A program made the position numbers and the translations under genes. Positions 10,723 through 22,148 of a DNA stretch of 64,000 nt are shown one piece after another. Origin of the DNA: Hyaloraphidium curvatum SAG 235-1 (taxonomy: Eukaryota; Fungi; Monoblepharomycota); contig JAIVFI010000040.1 of NCBI GenBank assembly GCA_025558095.1, positions 372,001 through 436,000 on the forward strand. Reading direction: 5' to 3'. A model generated the notes under the pieces. That model was given only the letters and a program-made list of their open reading frames with translations. It did no database searches and was not told the origin of the DNA. Within the stretch, counting starts at the first letter, position 1; every line of letters begins with the position of its first letter.

Positions 10723-13051
10723 ATGCCGGGGTCGCCGCCCCCCGACGAGGCGCGCACGCGTGTGCGGGCGACCAAAGGTGCGTCGCTGTCGGGCGCGGGA
10801 GACTGCCGCCGGCTGACTGGGGCGGAACCCCGCGTCCCCTCCGTGCCCTGCTGCCTGCCCCCCGCGACATCTCAGCGTGCAACACGTGCTACAAGCACCG
10901 CGTGCGCTGCGAGGTGCCGGAGCACGTGGCCGACGGCGAGACGGTCGTCTGCAGCCGCTGCGCGCGGCTCGGCCTGACCTGCGACTGGAACCGCGAGCAG
11001 AAGAAGCGCGGGCCCAAGGCGGCGGCCGCGGCGGCGGGGGCCCCGGGCGCGGAGGACCGCAAGCGGCCGCGGCCGGACGACGACGGCGAGGCGGTGGCCG
11101 ATCTGCGCCACCGCAACGCCGTGCTCGAGGGCATGCTGCGCAAGGTGCTGCTGCAGCAGACGCCAGACGGCCTGCCGCCGGACATGCTGGCCGCCGGCAT
11201 GGACCTGCTCGGCTCGGACGCCGCGGACTCGCCCCCGGCCGGCAGGCGCGCCGGCACGCCGCTGTTCGCGCCGCAGCAGCAGCAGCCGCACTGGCCGTCG
11301 TCGCAGGGCGCCCTGCCCGGCCACTTTCTGCAGACCGCAGGCTTGGGGGCGCCGCCGGGCAAGCTGCCGCCGCCGCGCTTCGGCACCTCGTCGTCAGACG
11401 GCACCTCGGAGGAGGCCGCGCGGGCCATGGCCTCGCTCGCCGCCGGCCCGCGCCCGGCCGAGGGCTTCCCCCCGATCCAATCCTTCGACTTTTCCCCCGA
11501 GAACATGCCGTCGCCGCAGATGACCGTGGGCATCTACTCCCGCGTCCTGCAGCTCATGTCGCGGCAGCAGTGCGTCCCCTTCCCCGTGCTGCACACCCAG
11601 AGCCTGCTCTCCAACCCATACGCCTCGGCCCCCCTCGCCCACGCAGTGCTGGGCCTCTCCTTCCGCAGCCCCGTGTTCTACGCCGCCGCGCGCGCCGCCA
11701 TCCTCGAATCCCTCGTGGACCGCTTCGCCACCCCGGCCCCGGAGCTCCTCGTCGCGGCCTACATCGCCATGTTCGACATGATGTCCACGGGGTACGACTA
11801 CCGCTACCAGGCGCGGATGCTCTCGATCCTCCGGCTGGTGGGGCACGAGGTGATCACCATGGACCAGGTGGCGCGGGAGCAGGACCCCGCTGCGCGGGTC
11901 CCCGGCCGCGTGCTGCCGGGGGTGCAGAGGGAGATGGTGCGGCGCGCCATGTGGGCCGGGTACGTGATGGACAAGTTCATGCTCTCGGCGTCGCGGCGCG
12001 CCCCCTTGGTGCCCCGCACGGACGTCGTGGACGTCGCGCTGCCGGCGCCCGACGCCGTCTGGACGGCGCCGCTCTACGCCGAGGACCCCGAGGCCGAGGA
12101 ACACCGCTGGGAGAGCGCCAAGCAGATCTCGGGGCGGGAACTGTTCCTCTGGAAGGAGCGCCCCGGCCTCCTGCGCACCCTCGCGCCCACCCTCACCCCG
12201 CTGCACCAGCACATCGTGGTGGCCGACCTGCACGAGTGGCTGTGGAACGCCAAGGCCGCCGCCGGCGGCCGGATCGGGCCCGAAGCCAGGGCGAGGATGC
12301 TGGCGGCGCTCAGGGACTACTTTGCCGTCTTCCTGGCGCCCTACGCCGCGCCGGCGCAGAGGGGCGACGCCGGGGGCATGTTCTCGACCGACATCACGGT
12401 CGAGGGGGAGGACTACGTGCTGACGGCGCCGCGCAACAACGGGCTGGCGACGACCATGATGCTCTTCTACAAGTGGGTCGGCCCCGCGGGCCCGGAGCGG
12501 CACCGCACCGGTCTCACATCCCCCCCGCGCCGCGCAGCTACTTCCAGATGTACATCCACTCGGCCGTCGACATGCCCGAGGCCTTCTCCTCCCCAGATTG
12601 GTACCAGTCCGCCGACTTCCTCGTCGCGCTGCAGCACGCCTTCTGCATCTCCCTGCTGCTGGAGCAGACCATGGTCTGGGACCCCGAGCTGGAGTCGCTC
12701 GATCCATCCGTCTTGGTGGTCATCGGGCACGCGGCGGCGTGCTACGTCGGGCTGATACGGAAGCTCGCGGCCGCGCAGCGCGAGGGGGCGCGGGCCAGCG
12801 GGAGCGAGCTCCTGGTGGTCCGCTCGCGCATCTCGGTGACCCTCGAGGCCGCCAGGAAGCTCTCGCGGTTCATGGTCTCGAGCAAGCAGCTGATCGCCAT
12901 CATGGAGCGGCTGCTCGGGGACAGGGTGCTGGGCGAGGGGTCGCCGGGGAGCGATTCGAGCGGCGGGCTAGAGGGGAATCCCTGGCTGGAGAGGTTCGTC
13001 GCGGAGCAGCTGTTTGGCAAGGCGGCGTCGGGGGAGGCGGGTGCGTACTGA
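10723..13051 (+). CDS. Zn(II)2Cys6 fungal transcription factor
   Basis: Spliced RVRATKACNTCYKHRVRC...CSRCARLGLTCDW binuclear cluster, then a middle-homology motif QREMVRRAMWAGYVMDKF. Introns near 10778 and 12473. Confidence 0.9.
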
Positions 13052-13379
13052 ACGCGGCGGGTCGGCAGGTGTACGGTCTTGGATTTGGTTCCGGGAATCT
13101 TTGTCGTGGAACGAGACGTTCGTCTCCTGCTTTCGTCAGTCGTCCCCCGCCCGGGTTCCTTTCGGAACGCAAGCCGCCTTGTGCTCCTTCCAGTGCTCGC
13201 GGTGGCACCGCTCGGCGCCGTCTTGCACCGCGAGCAGCTGTGCAATCGAGCGATCGGTAAGGGAAATGGCCCGAAATGAAAATCAAGTGGTGGCTCGAGT
13301 ACTTTTGGAACTCCTTGATCGTTGTCGAGCCGCTCGGCGTGCAACACGGACGTCTATCTGACGACGGACATCCGGGTCT

Positions 13380-15150
13380 ACTGGATCCTTGGCTTGGTCG
13401 ATCATTGTGGACCGCTGTCGCCATCGTGTGCGCTCGCCGTGCTCCTGTCTTCCCGCCCTCCTCCTCTACCAGGGCCCGTGGCATCTTGCACGGGGACCGC
13501 TTTCAGTCTTTTCCGGGTGGGAACCACCCCGCCCACCGTCACTTCGAAGTGTTCCAGCTCGTCGGGTACCGCAAGTGAGTCTTGGCCCGCTCGGTCAGTC
13601 CCGCGCACGCTCACATTCGTTGAAGGTGGCAGCTGGGCGATCCGGCCTTCGACGTGTACGACGTTGGTGGGGCAAGGCAACCCGAGCCCGGCGATGGCCC
13701 CCAGTGACTCCTCACTCGTGCCACAGGCATCTGGTTCATCCCATCAGACTCTACGAGGGACCCGTACGAGGCTGATTTCGGCACCACGTGCACCGCGTAC
13801 AGCTACGGCCCGATCAACACGGGAAGCGACCTCGACTCGGACGAATGCGGGGATCTCCAGCAACTGGGCTTCGGAAGCACCGTCATCAAAACGGACTTGA
13901 CCACGATTCCCTGCGACCGAGCCGGCCCAACGTCGCTCAGCTTCAGGGCGTGCGTGACGTACAAGACCGCGTCCAACGACGCCACGTGCACGATCAACAC
14001 CCCGAGTACATTCGGGGCCGGCGGCGATCAGTACTGCCAGTGCACGACGTTTACCGTGCCCGGGGCCTGGGCTGATCCGCCGCCGGCGCCGACGACCACG
14101 GCCGCGGCGGCGACAACCAGCCTCACCCGGACGTCGAGCTCGCTTACGCGGAGCTCGACGAGCCTGACGGCAGCACCTTCAACCTCGAGCTTCACCCCGT
14201 CCACCTCGAGCTTCACGCCTTCCACTTCGAGCTTCACACCTTCCACTTCGAGCTTCACACCTTCAACGTCTAGCTTCACGCCATCCACGTCGAGCTTCAC
14301 GCCATCCACCTCGAGCTTCACGCGTTCCACGTCCAGCCTCAGCGTGACCAGCTCCACTACCTCGGCCAGCCGCACCGCGACCTCCAGTTCCAAAAGCCTG
14401 ACCAGCTCGACGTCGAGCTTCACGGCGACGACCTCGACGCTGTCTCTGAGTAGCTCCACAAGCAGCGCCACGGCGACGAGCTCCACGACTTCGCAGACGA
14501 CGCAGAGCAGCTCGACTATGTCCGAGACGCAGACCAGCTCGACGGCATCCGGGACGCGGACGACCTCAACGGCCGTCCAGCCGCCCACGAGCTCGACGGC
14601 GGCGCTGGCTCTGACCGGTCCGGCGACTCCCAGCGCGGTGAGCACGGACGGTACCCCCGCCTCCCTACGATCATCCACTGATCGCACGTCTTGGTGCGTG
14701 GCCACCCCCGACACAGACGGCCACGCAGACGCCAGCGGTGGTCATCCCCGTGTTCGCCTACAATGGTGGGTCGGCCCCCAAGGCGGTCGAATCTCGTTCA
14801 TCTCACCGACCCTTCCCAGACGCCAACAGGAACAACGTGTACGACAACCCGCCCGACACGCCGCAGAGCGGCGCCCGCGTCACCCTTTCCGGCGCTACGG
14901 CGAGTCGTGCCTTGCTCGGCCAGTGCACCACCGGGTAGGATGGCTTCTGCACCATCTTCCTCAGCGTCCCGCTGGTCCCGGGCGGGACCTACACCATCAC
15001 GATCGAAGGGCAGCCCGGTGCGCTGGTTTTCAACGCGACCTCGGAAGGGAAACCACCCCCGCCCACGTCCGGCGGCAGCGAGATCGCGATCCCGATCGCT
15101 GTGGGTGTTCGATGCTTGCCTCGCTTAGGAGGCACACCTCTGAGCACGAG
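13380..15150 (+). pseudogene. Secreted Cys-rich/Ser-Thr-rich surface protein with an SdrD-B/CnaB-like C-terminal domain (disrupted)
   Basis: Cys-rich spliced exons, a long S/T stalk, then DANRNNVYDNPPDTPQSGARVTL...CTTG*DGFCTI with an in-frame TAG at 14936-14938. The signal peptide appears frameshifted near 13430. Boundaries approximate. Confidence 0.5.
14176..14337 (+). repeat. 21-bp coding tandem repeat (PSTSSFT x7)
   Basis: Units CCN TCM ACN TCG AGC TTC ACN repeated about 7 times with mostly synonymous variation. Confidence 0.9.
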
Positions 15151-15258
15151 TGATGAAGGCTTGTCGACTGTAGTGGAGAAAACGCAAGGTGTTGGATGTC
15201 TCTGTCGGCAGGCGCATGCTGATTCTCTGGCTATTATCTAATGTAGACCAAGCCGTGG

Positions 15259-16098
15259 CTATGAATATGCTATACGATCTTCAAGATCGGGTCTCCACTC
15301 AAACTGCAGCCAATCCCCTCCCGTCGGACGAAAGCCCAGCCTCGAGTAGACCCCCTGGCCGCCCGGGGAAGCCTGAAGCACCGCCGTCCGGTAGCCTTCC
15401 GCCTTGGCTTCCACAAGCATGGCCACAACCACCGCCGACGCGTATCCCCGTCCCCTGGCTTCGCGGAGCGTGCCGATCGTGAAGATGCCGGCCAGGCCAT
15501 TGGTGAGGCAGAGCTCCCCCGAGCACACCACGCGTCCCGAGGCGCGACCGACGAACATCCGCACCGACGCGTCCCCATGCGTCGCGTCCCAAGTCCTGCG
15601 GTAGAAATCCGGCACGTACGGATCCGGCGGGTCCCAGTTTGCCGCGACGACCGCGGCGTAGCCCTCGAGGTCCTCTCGAGACTCCACGTGCGCAACCTGG
15701 AAGCCCGCAGGAGGGGCGACCGCCGGTGGATCCCAGGTGGAAAGATCGAGGACCATTTCCACGTCGTGCTCCGCTCGGCGGAGGCCGGCTTCGGCGAGGA
15801 TACCTGGCAGGTCCGCCGGCGTGTCGACGGGGGACACCCAATACGCGAAGGGCCTCTTGGCGTCGCGAAATCGCGCAATCATGCTCCTCACGGCCTCTTC
15901 AGCGTCATCTTCCGTTAGTTTCGAGAGCGTCACGGTGTTGAAAGTATCGCAGGGGAGACCCGTGTCAACGAGGCAGAAACGCGTCGTGCGGACGACAGCA
16001 TCGGGAAGCCGTGCCGCCAAGACGCTGCAGTGCGAGGCAAAGTTCGATGCGATTGCCTCGGCGAGTTCCCCCGGTGACGATTCGTCGAGTGACAGCAT
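15259..16098 (-). CDS. GNAT-family N-acetyltransferase, intronless, bacterial-like
   Basis: Acetyl-CoA motif AGIFTIGTLREARGRGYAS, AVLQASPGGQGVYSRLGF; N-terminal VDTGLPCDTFN and PFAYWV. Confidence 0.88.
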   Translation of the reverse strand: MLSLDESSPGELAEAIASNFASHCSVLAARLPDAVVRTTRFCLVDTGLPCDTFNTVTLSKLTEDDAEEAVRSMIARFRDAKRPFAYWVSPVDTPADLPGILAEAGLRRAEHDVEMVLDLSTWDPPAVAPPAGFQVAHVESREDLEGYAAVVAANWDPPDPYVPDFYRRTWDATHGDASVRMFVGRASGRVVCSGELCLTNGLAGIFTIGTLREARGRGYASAVVVAMLVEAKAEGYRTAVLQASPGGQGVYSRLGFRPTGGDWLQFEWRPDLEDRIAYS

Positions 16099-16230
16099 TT
16101 AAGTGGACCCCAGTTGTTTGGACCCTGGCCCTCCGCGAACACGGCAGATCTCCAAACACGGCGGGCCTCACTATATTGCGGCGAATCTCCTCGTCGGCGA
16201 AATAGATACTTGATCCTCCTCCGAGTCGCG

Positions 16231-17267
16231 ATGTGGCCGTTCAGCTCCCACCCTGTGCCCGCACCCCCGAAACGAGTGGACCTTGCTGGGAAGCTCATTG
16301 TCGTGACCGGAGCTAATTCGGGGCTCGGTCTGGAGTCGTGCAAGTACTTTGCCGCCAATGGAGCCACGGTCGTTATGGCCGTGCGGACGCCGGCCAAGGG
16401 GGAGGAAGCGGCCAAGACCATCGTTTCCGCGACGGGCTGCGATCCGGCGCGGCTCGTCGTCATGAAGCTGGACCTCACGAGCCTCGAAAGCACGCGGAAG
16501 TTCGCCGACGAACTGAAAGCATTGGGAAAGCCCATAGATGTCCTGGTACGTGTCGGTGGCAACAACTGCAGTTGTATGCTCACTGCCTTGTGCCTCCTGA
16601 CAGATGTTGAACGCTGGTATGATGGCCGACAAGCGCGAGGTCACGGCGGACGGCTTCGAGACCACCTTCCAATCCAACCACCTCTCCCACTTCCTGCTCG
16701 CGAACCTGCTCTTGCCCGCCATGTCCTCGGACGGGCGGATAGTCGTCCTCTCTTCGGCCCTGCACTTCAACGGCAAGATAGAGCTCGACAACCTGAACTA
16801 CGAGAAGCCCAACACCTTCGGGCTCCGCGTCTACGCGGACACGAAGCTGCAGAACGCGCTCTTTGGTAAGGAGCTCGCCCGGCGGCTCAAGCAGAAGCCG
16901 GCGCTCGCCGGCATCGTCGCGCACAGCTGTCACCCTGGGCTGGTGGCCACCAACTTTGGCAACGGCACCTTCGGATGGCTCGGCGCCTACTTCATTCGGC
17001 CTCTGGTGTGGCTCGTCGGTCGCGGTCCAGAACAAGGAGCCCAGTGCCAGATCTACCTGTCGGTTGCCGACGAAGCGGGACCGGGCAAGCCCGACGGCCT
17101 GGTAGGTCCTTCCGCTTGACTGGATGTCGAAATGCTTACCGTCCTCACAGTACTGGGACGATTGCAAGGTCCTCCCGCCCAAGGAGCCCGAATGGAGCGA
17201 CACGGAGCTCCAGCGCAGATTCTGGGAGGTTTCTGCCAAGCTGGCGGGCCTGACAGAGACCATTTGA
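16231..17267 (+). CDS. SDR, retinol dehydrogenase/WWOX-like (tandem copy 1)
   Basis: VVTGANSGLG, IDVL/MLNAG, DGFETTFQSNHLSHFLL, YADTK (YxxxK), SCHPGLVAT. Two introns. Confidence 0.9.
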
Positions 17268-17555
17268 AGGCCGATTCCCCTGTTGACTTGCTGCTGGTGC
17301 CGCCGCCGTGCCGCGTGACGACCAGCGCTCGGTACCGCGCGAACCACTTGTGTAGCTACTGCGGCAGCTTTTCAAATCAAAGCCGATCATTCTCTCCATT
17401 TTGCCCGTCCGGCGTGTCCGCTTCGGCAGCTTCTATGGACTGCCTCGATCGCAAGCATGTGTTCTCGATCGCCGTGGGCCGCCTGTCCCGCCGTCGGACC
17501 TGACTTTTGGCGATCCCGCGACAGATCTCGAAACGCCGCGGGTCCAGATACGTTG

Positions 17556-17631
17556 CGATTTTCTTTCTCGTCAGAGCACATCTCGGTTTCCTGCGGTTTT
17601 ATTTCTCGTCAGAGCACATCTCGGTTTCCTG
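17556..17631. repeat. 38-bp-period tandem duplication upstream of SDR copy 2
   Basis: TTTCTCGTCAGAGCACATCTCGGTTTCCTG occurs at 17564-17593 and 17602-17631. Confidence 0.9.
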
Positions 17632-17644
17632 TTCCTGAATCGCG

Positions 17645-18687
17645 ATGTGGCCGTTCAGCTCGGAGCCCGCGCCCGCACCGCCCGAACGCGTTGACCTCGC
17701 TGGGAAGCTCTTTGTCGTGACCGGAGCCAACTCGGGGCTCGGTCTGGAGTCGTGCAAGTACTTTGCCGCCAATGGAGCGACGGTCGTTATGGCCGTGCGG
17801 ACGCCGGCCAAGGGGGAGGAAGCGGCCAAGACCATCGTTTCCGCGACGGGCTGCGATCCGGCGCGGCTCGTCGTCATGAAGCTGGACCTCACGAGCTTCG
17901 AAAGCACGCGGAAGTTCGCTGAGGAGCTCAAGGCATTGAAGAAGCCGATAGACGTTCTGGTAGGTGTTCGCGCCTGTATTCGCCTTCCTTGCCCCTCTTC
18001 TAATGGCTGGCGGCCGCTGAAAGATGCTGAACGCCGGCATGACCGTCAACAAGCGCGAGCTCACGACGGACGGCTTCGAGACCACATTCCAGTCGAACCA
18101 CCTCTCCCACTTTCTCCTCACCAACCTGCTTCTGCCAGACATGGCGCCTGACGGCCGGATCGTGGTTCTATCCTCGGGCGCCCACTACGGCGGCAAGATC
18201 GACCTCGAAAACCTGAACTATGAGAAGCCCAACACCTTCGGATTCCGTGTCTACATGGACACGAAGCTCGAGAATGTGCTCTTCGCAAAGGAGCTCGCCC
18301 GGCGCCTGAAGCAGAACCCCGGGCTCGCGGGCGTCGTCGCACACAGCTGCCACCCGGGCCTCGTGGCGACCAACTTTGGCGCCGGCGCCCTTGGATGGCT
18401 CGGCGACTATGTGTTCCGGCCCATCGTTTCGGTCATCGGACGGGACGCCGCCCGCGGAGCACAATGCCAGATCTACCTGGCCGTGGCCGACGAGGCGGCG
18501 TCGGGCAAGCCTGATGGCCTGGTGGGTGATTCCGCCACCTGGGCGTGAAAGATGCTTACCTTTCTTCAAGTACTGGGACGATTGCAAGGTCATGGCACCG
18601 AAGGAACCTGAATGGAGCGACGCGGAGCTCCAGCGCACTTTCTGGGAGGTTTCCGCGAAGCTCGCGGGCCTCACCGAGACCATTTGA
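17645..18687 (+). CDS. SDR, retinol dehydrogenase/WWOX-like (tandem copy 2)
   Basis: Paralogue of 16231..17267 with the same two intron positions; VVTGANSGLG, YMDTK. Confidence 0.9.
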
Positions 18688-18851
18688 ACGCCGATACCCC
18701 TGTCATGGCTACCAGTTCGTCGCACAAAGATCCGTATGCAAATCGTGCAGTGCATTGTTGAAAGTGCTGCCTTAGATACAAATAGAGAGGGCTATATCTA
18801 CATTGTCCCGTTGGGCGATGCCGCGTGTCTAGAGCTTTTGCCGTTGGATGA

Positions 18852-21551
18852 TCAGAGGACCAAGGCGTCCAGCACCTTGCCCGCGATCTTGCGGTCTGTT
18901 TTGTGCCAAGTCAGAAACCCGCGATCGGCGCACTCGAACGGCAAGCGCACTCACAGTTCCAGTTCCCGCCTGCCACCCTCCTCGTGTGCAGCACATGTCC
19001 ACCTCCGGACCCGCGCGGTGCCGGTGCGATCCCCACCGTGAAGCATAGCGCCTCCCTTCCCTTGAGCGCCGCCGCGATCCGCTTCGCCGGGCTGGGCGGC
19101 CTCACGCTGCCCACCGACGACGAGGGCGAAGCGGGCAGCGTTCCTTCGCTACCCTCGACCGAGGACGCCGACGACGGGCGGCGCAGGTTCTCGAGCACCA
19201 CCTGCACGTCGGGGATGTCGCACTCGAAGCCGTCCTCGGTGCGGCGGTGCGGGATGCCGTGCAGCTGCAGCACGCGGCGGAGCTCGGCGGCGATCTTCTC
19301 GGGTGGGAGGCGCGACTGGTAGACCGAGGTCGAGAACCACGAGGAGAGGGGGCGTCGGGTGGGGCTGGCGGGCGGGCTGGCGGCGGCGACGGGGGCGGAA
19401 GTGGGGGCCGCCTTTGTGGGCGAGCCGGGGGCGGTGGGGAGGTTGGTGGTGATTGCAGGGGGCTTGAGCGAGGGGGATGAAGAAGTGCGCTGTTGCTTGC
19501 TGGGTGGGGCCAGCATGGCCGCAGGCGGAGGAGCTGGAGCGGCAAGAGCTGCCCGTGCCGGCTCCGCAATAGGCGCAGCCTTTACCGGTGACGCCGGTGC
19601 GGCAGAAGCCAAAGTCTGGGTCGACGCTGTGGTGGCCCCGGGCCCGGAGGTCGAGTCCTTGGAAGGCGACGCAGCCGCCTGCGATCCCTCAGCAGCGATC
19701 GGCGTGCCGGCCGCCGAAACCGCCGCAGATCCCGGCGCCGCCGATCCCGCGACGGCCCAAGCACCACCGTACGGATCCGTCCTCGACGCTTTGACCGGGC
19801 TGGTCGGGATCCTGCTCGCCGCCCCGGTCCCGCCCACGGTCGCATACTTGGCCGGCTGGTACGCCGGCGCGGTCCTCGCCGCACGGTCCACCTGCATCAT
19901 GGCCGCCTGCGTCGAGTACCTCCCCTGCGGGGTCTTTGGCCTCTCCGGCACGGCAGGCGGGGGCCGGGGCTGCACCGAGAAGCTCTCCGAGTGGCCCGCG
20001 GCGTGAACACGTGCGTTCTTGGCCGGTAGCGGCGGCAGCTTCCCCTGCGCGGCCTCGGCGGGGGCCGCCGCCTGCTCCCTGGCGCGCATCCGCTGCTCCT
20101 CCCTGGCCACCATCTCCTTGAGCAGGTAGTAGGTGCACCGCAGCGGCGCCCCGTGCGGGTCCTCCGCGTCCGCCTCGCCCGGGCTCCCCCACGGCTCCCT
20201 CAGCCTCCACCTGTCCCCATCCGCAGCCTCCCCCCCCGCCGCGGCCGCCTTCCCTCCTTTCTCGAAGGCCGCCCGCACCTCGCCCTCCCCATAGTTCAGG
20301 CACGCCATCCTGCGCACCAGCCCCTCCTCCAGCGCGGCGATCGGCGGGCGGGGCGGGGAGTAGTCCGGCACGGGGTGCGAGTAGCCGTGGTTGACCCAGG
20401 GGTGCGAGAGGACCTCGGGGAGGGTGGCGCGGCGGGAGGGGTCGACGGTGATGAGGCGCGAAATGAGGTGGCGAGCGTCTGCGGGGACGCGGGTCAGCCG
20501 AACGTCGCCGGGCAAGGGCGACTCGGATCCAACCGGGCATGAGGTAGTCGGGCACGGTGTACGACCCCTGGGCGATCTTGCGGTACAGCTCCTTCATGTT
20601 GTCGTCGTCGAACGGCAGGTGCCCGCACAGCAGCGCGAACAGGATCACCCCCAGGCTCCACATGTCGACCTCGGGCCCCTCGTACTTGCGGCCCAGGATC
20701 ATCTCGGGCGCGGCGTAGAACGGGCTCCCGCAGAAGGTGTCGAGCAGGTGGCCCGACCCGGGGCCCTTGAACGAGTTGCCGAAGCCAAAGTCGATGATCT
20801 TGATGGTCTTGACGGGCTCGCCGCCGCCGGGGGAGGGGGAGATCTGGAGCAGCAGGTTCTCGGGCTTGAGGTCGCGGTGGATGATGTGATTCTGTGCCGG
20901 GCGGCGGGGTGAGAATGGTTCCGTCGCGGGCACCCCGAGCTGCAGGCCCACCCTGTGACAGTACTCGACGGCGCTCAGCACCTGTCGGAAGAAGTTTCTC
21001 GCCTCGTTCTCCTTGACCCTCTTGTTCGCCACGATGTAGTCGAACAGTTCCCCCCCGCCGACGTACTCCATGGCGATGTAGATGTGGTCCGGCGTTTCGT
21101 GCACGTCGTGCACGCCGACAATGTGCGGGTGGTGCAGGAGCTTCAGCAGCGAGACCTCGCGCTCCAGGCGCATGCGCTGCCGGGGGGAGGAGATGTGCGA
21201 CTTGTCGATGATCTTGACGGCGACCTGCGCGGCGGGGAGGGGTGAGCGGAACGCGGACTGCACCGTCGCCGGCAGGCCCACCTTGTTGTCCGGCCCCTCG
21301 GCCTTGAGATCCGTCGCCAGCTTCACCTTCCCGTAGGTTCCCTGCCCGATCGTCTTTTCCAGGCGGAACCGGGCACCCGTGCCCACGCAGGTCCCGTCGG
21401 GCGGGATGGGCACCTTCTTCCGCGCCGTGGGCCTGGGCGGGGCCGGCGGCGGGTTCCTCGGCCCTGCATTCGCCGCAGTCGCCCCTCCACCGGCCGCATG
21501 AGATTCAGGCGAGGTCGGAGAGGGGTACGGCGAGGCAGCAGCCGACGCCAT
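18852..21551 (-). CDS. KIN1: Ser/Thr kinase, Kin1/MARK/PAR-1 family, with UBA-like region and C-terminal KA1 domain
   Basis: IGQGTYGKVK, VAVK, HRDLKPEN, DFGFGN, LDTFCGSPFYAAPE, YEGPEVDMWSLG; spliced KA1 end RRVAGGNWNYRKIAGKVLDALVL*. Four introns. Confidence 0.9.
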
Positions 21552-22148
21552 GGTCCTGCGATGGCGCGGGGTGTCAGCCGCGTGTTTGCGCGGTCCCGCG
21601 GCGCATGCACGGCACCCCTGCGCCCGATCGGCGGCCTGCACGATCCCGACGGCCACCTCCGATGTTTATGGGGCCGGCCGCGGGGCGGTGTGCGCGGCGA
21701 CGGGGGGTGCGGTGCGTGCGCCCGGAATTGCGGGACGCGGCGAACCTCGAGTGCGGGCGGCGGGCGGGGCCGGCGGGGCCGGGCGCGGGCGAATCCCGGC
21801 CTGCGAGAGCGGGAAGTGGCGTGCGAGAGGGGGATGGCAGGCCGGAGACGTCCCTCGAGATGTTTGGCGTTGTTTGGCTTTGCCCGCTAGCTTTGGCGAT
21901 TCGGCGCGGCGGGGCGGTGCAGCCGGATAGCCGACAAACAGGACACACCGGCGGAACACCTTCGGCCGCTGAGGCCGCAAATAAGCTGCGGCGCTTGAAG
22001 CGGGACAGTCTTGCTTGTCACTCGGCGGCGGCTGTGCGCAGCGGCGGACAGCAGAGGCCGGAGGACTCACCCCGGCTGACTCGCCGGCGGACGCCATCGC
22101 GGACAGTCTACCGCTGCCGTGGCAATTTCCCCTGCGGACTTTGACAAA

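Noticed and set aside
14176-14337. CRISPR-like array
   Set aside because: Contiguous 21-bp coding repeats with no spacers, in a eukaryotic context with no cas genes.
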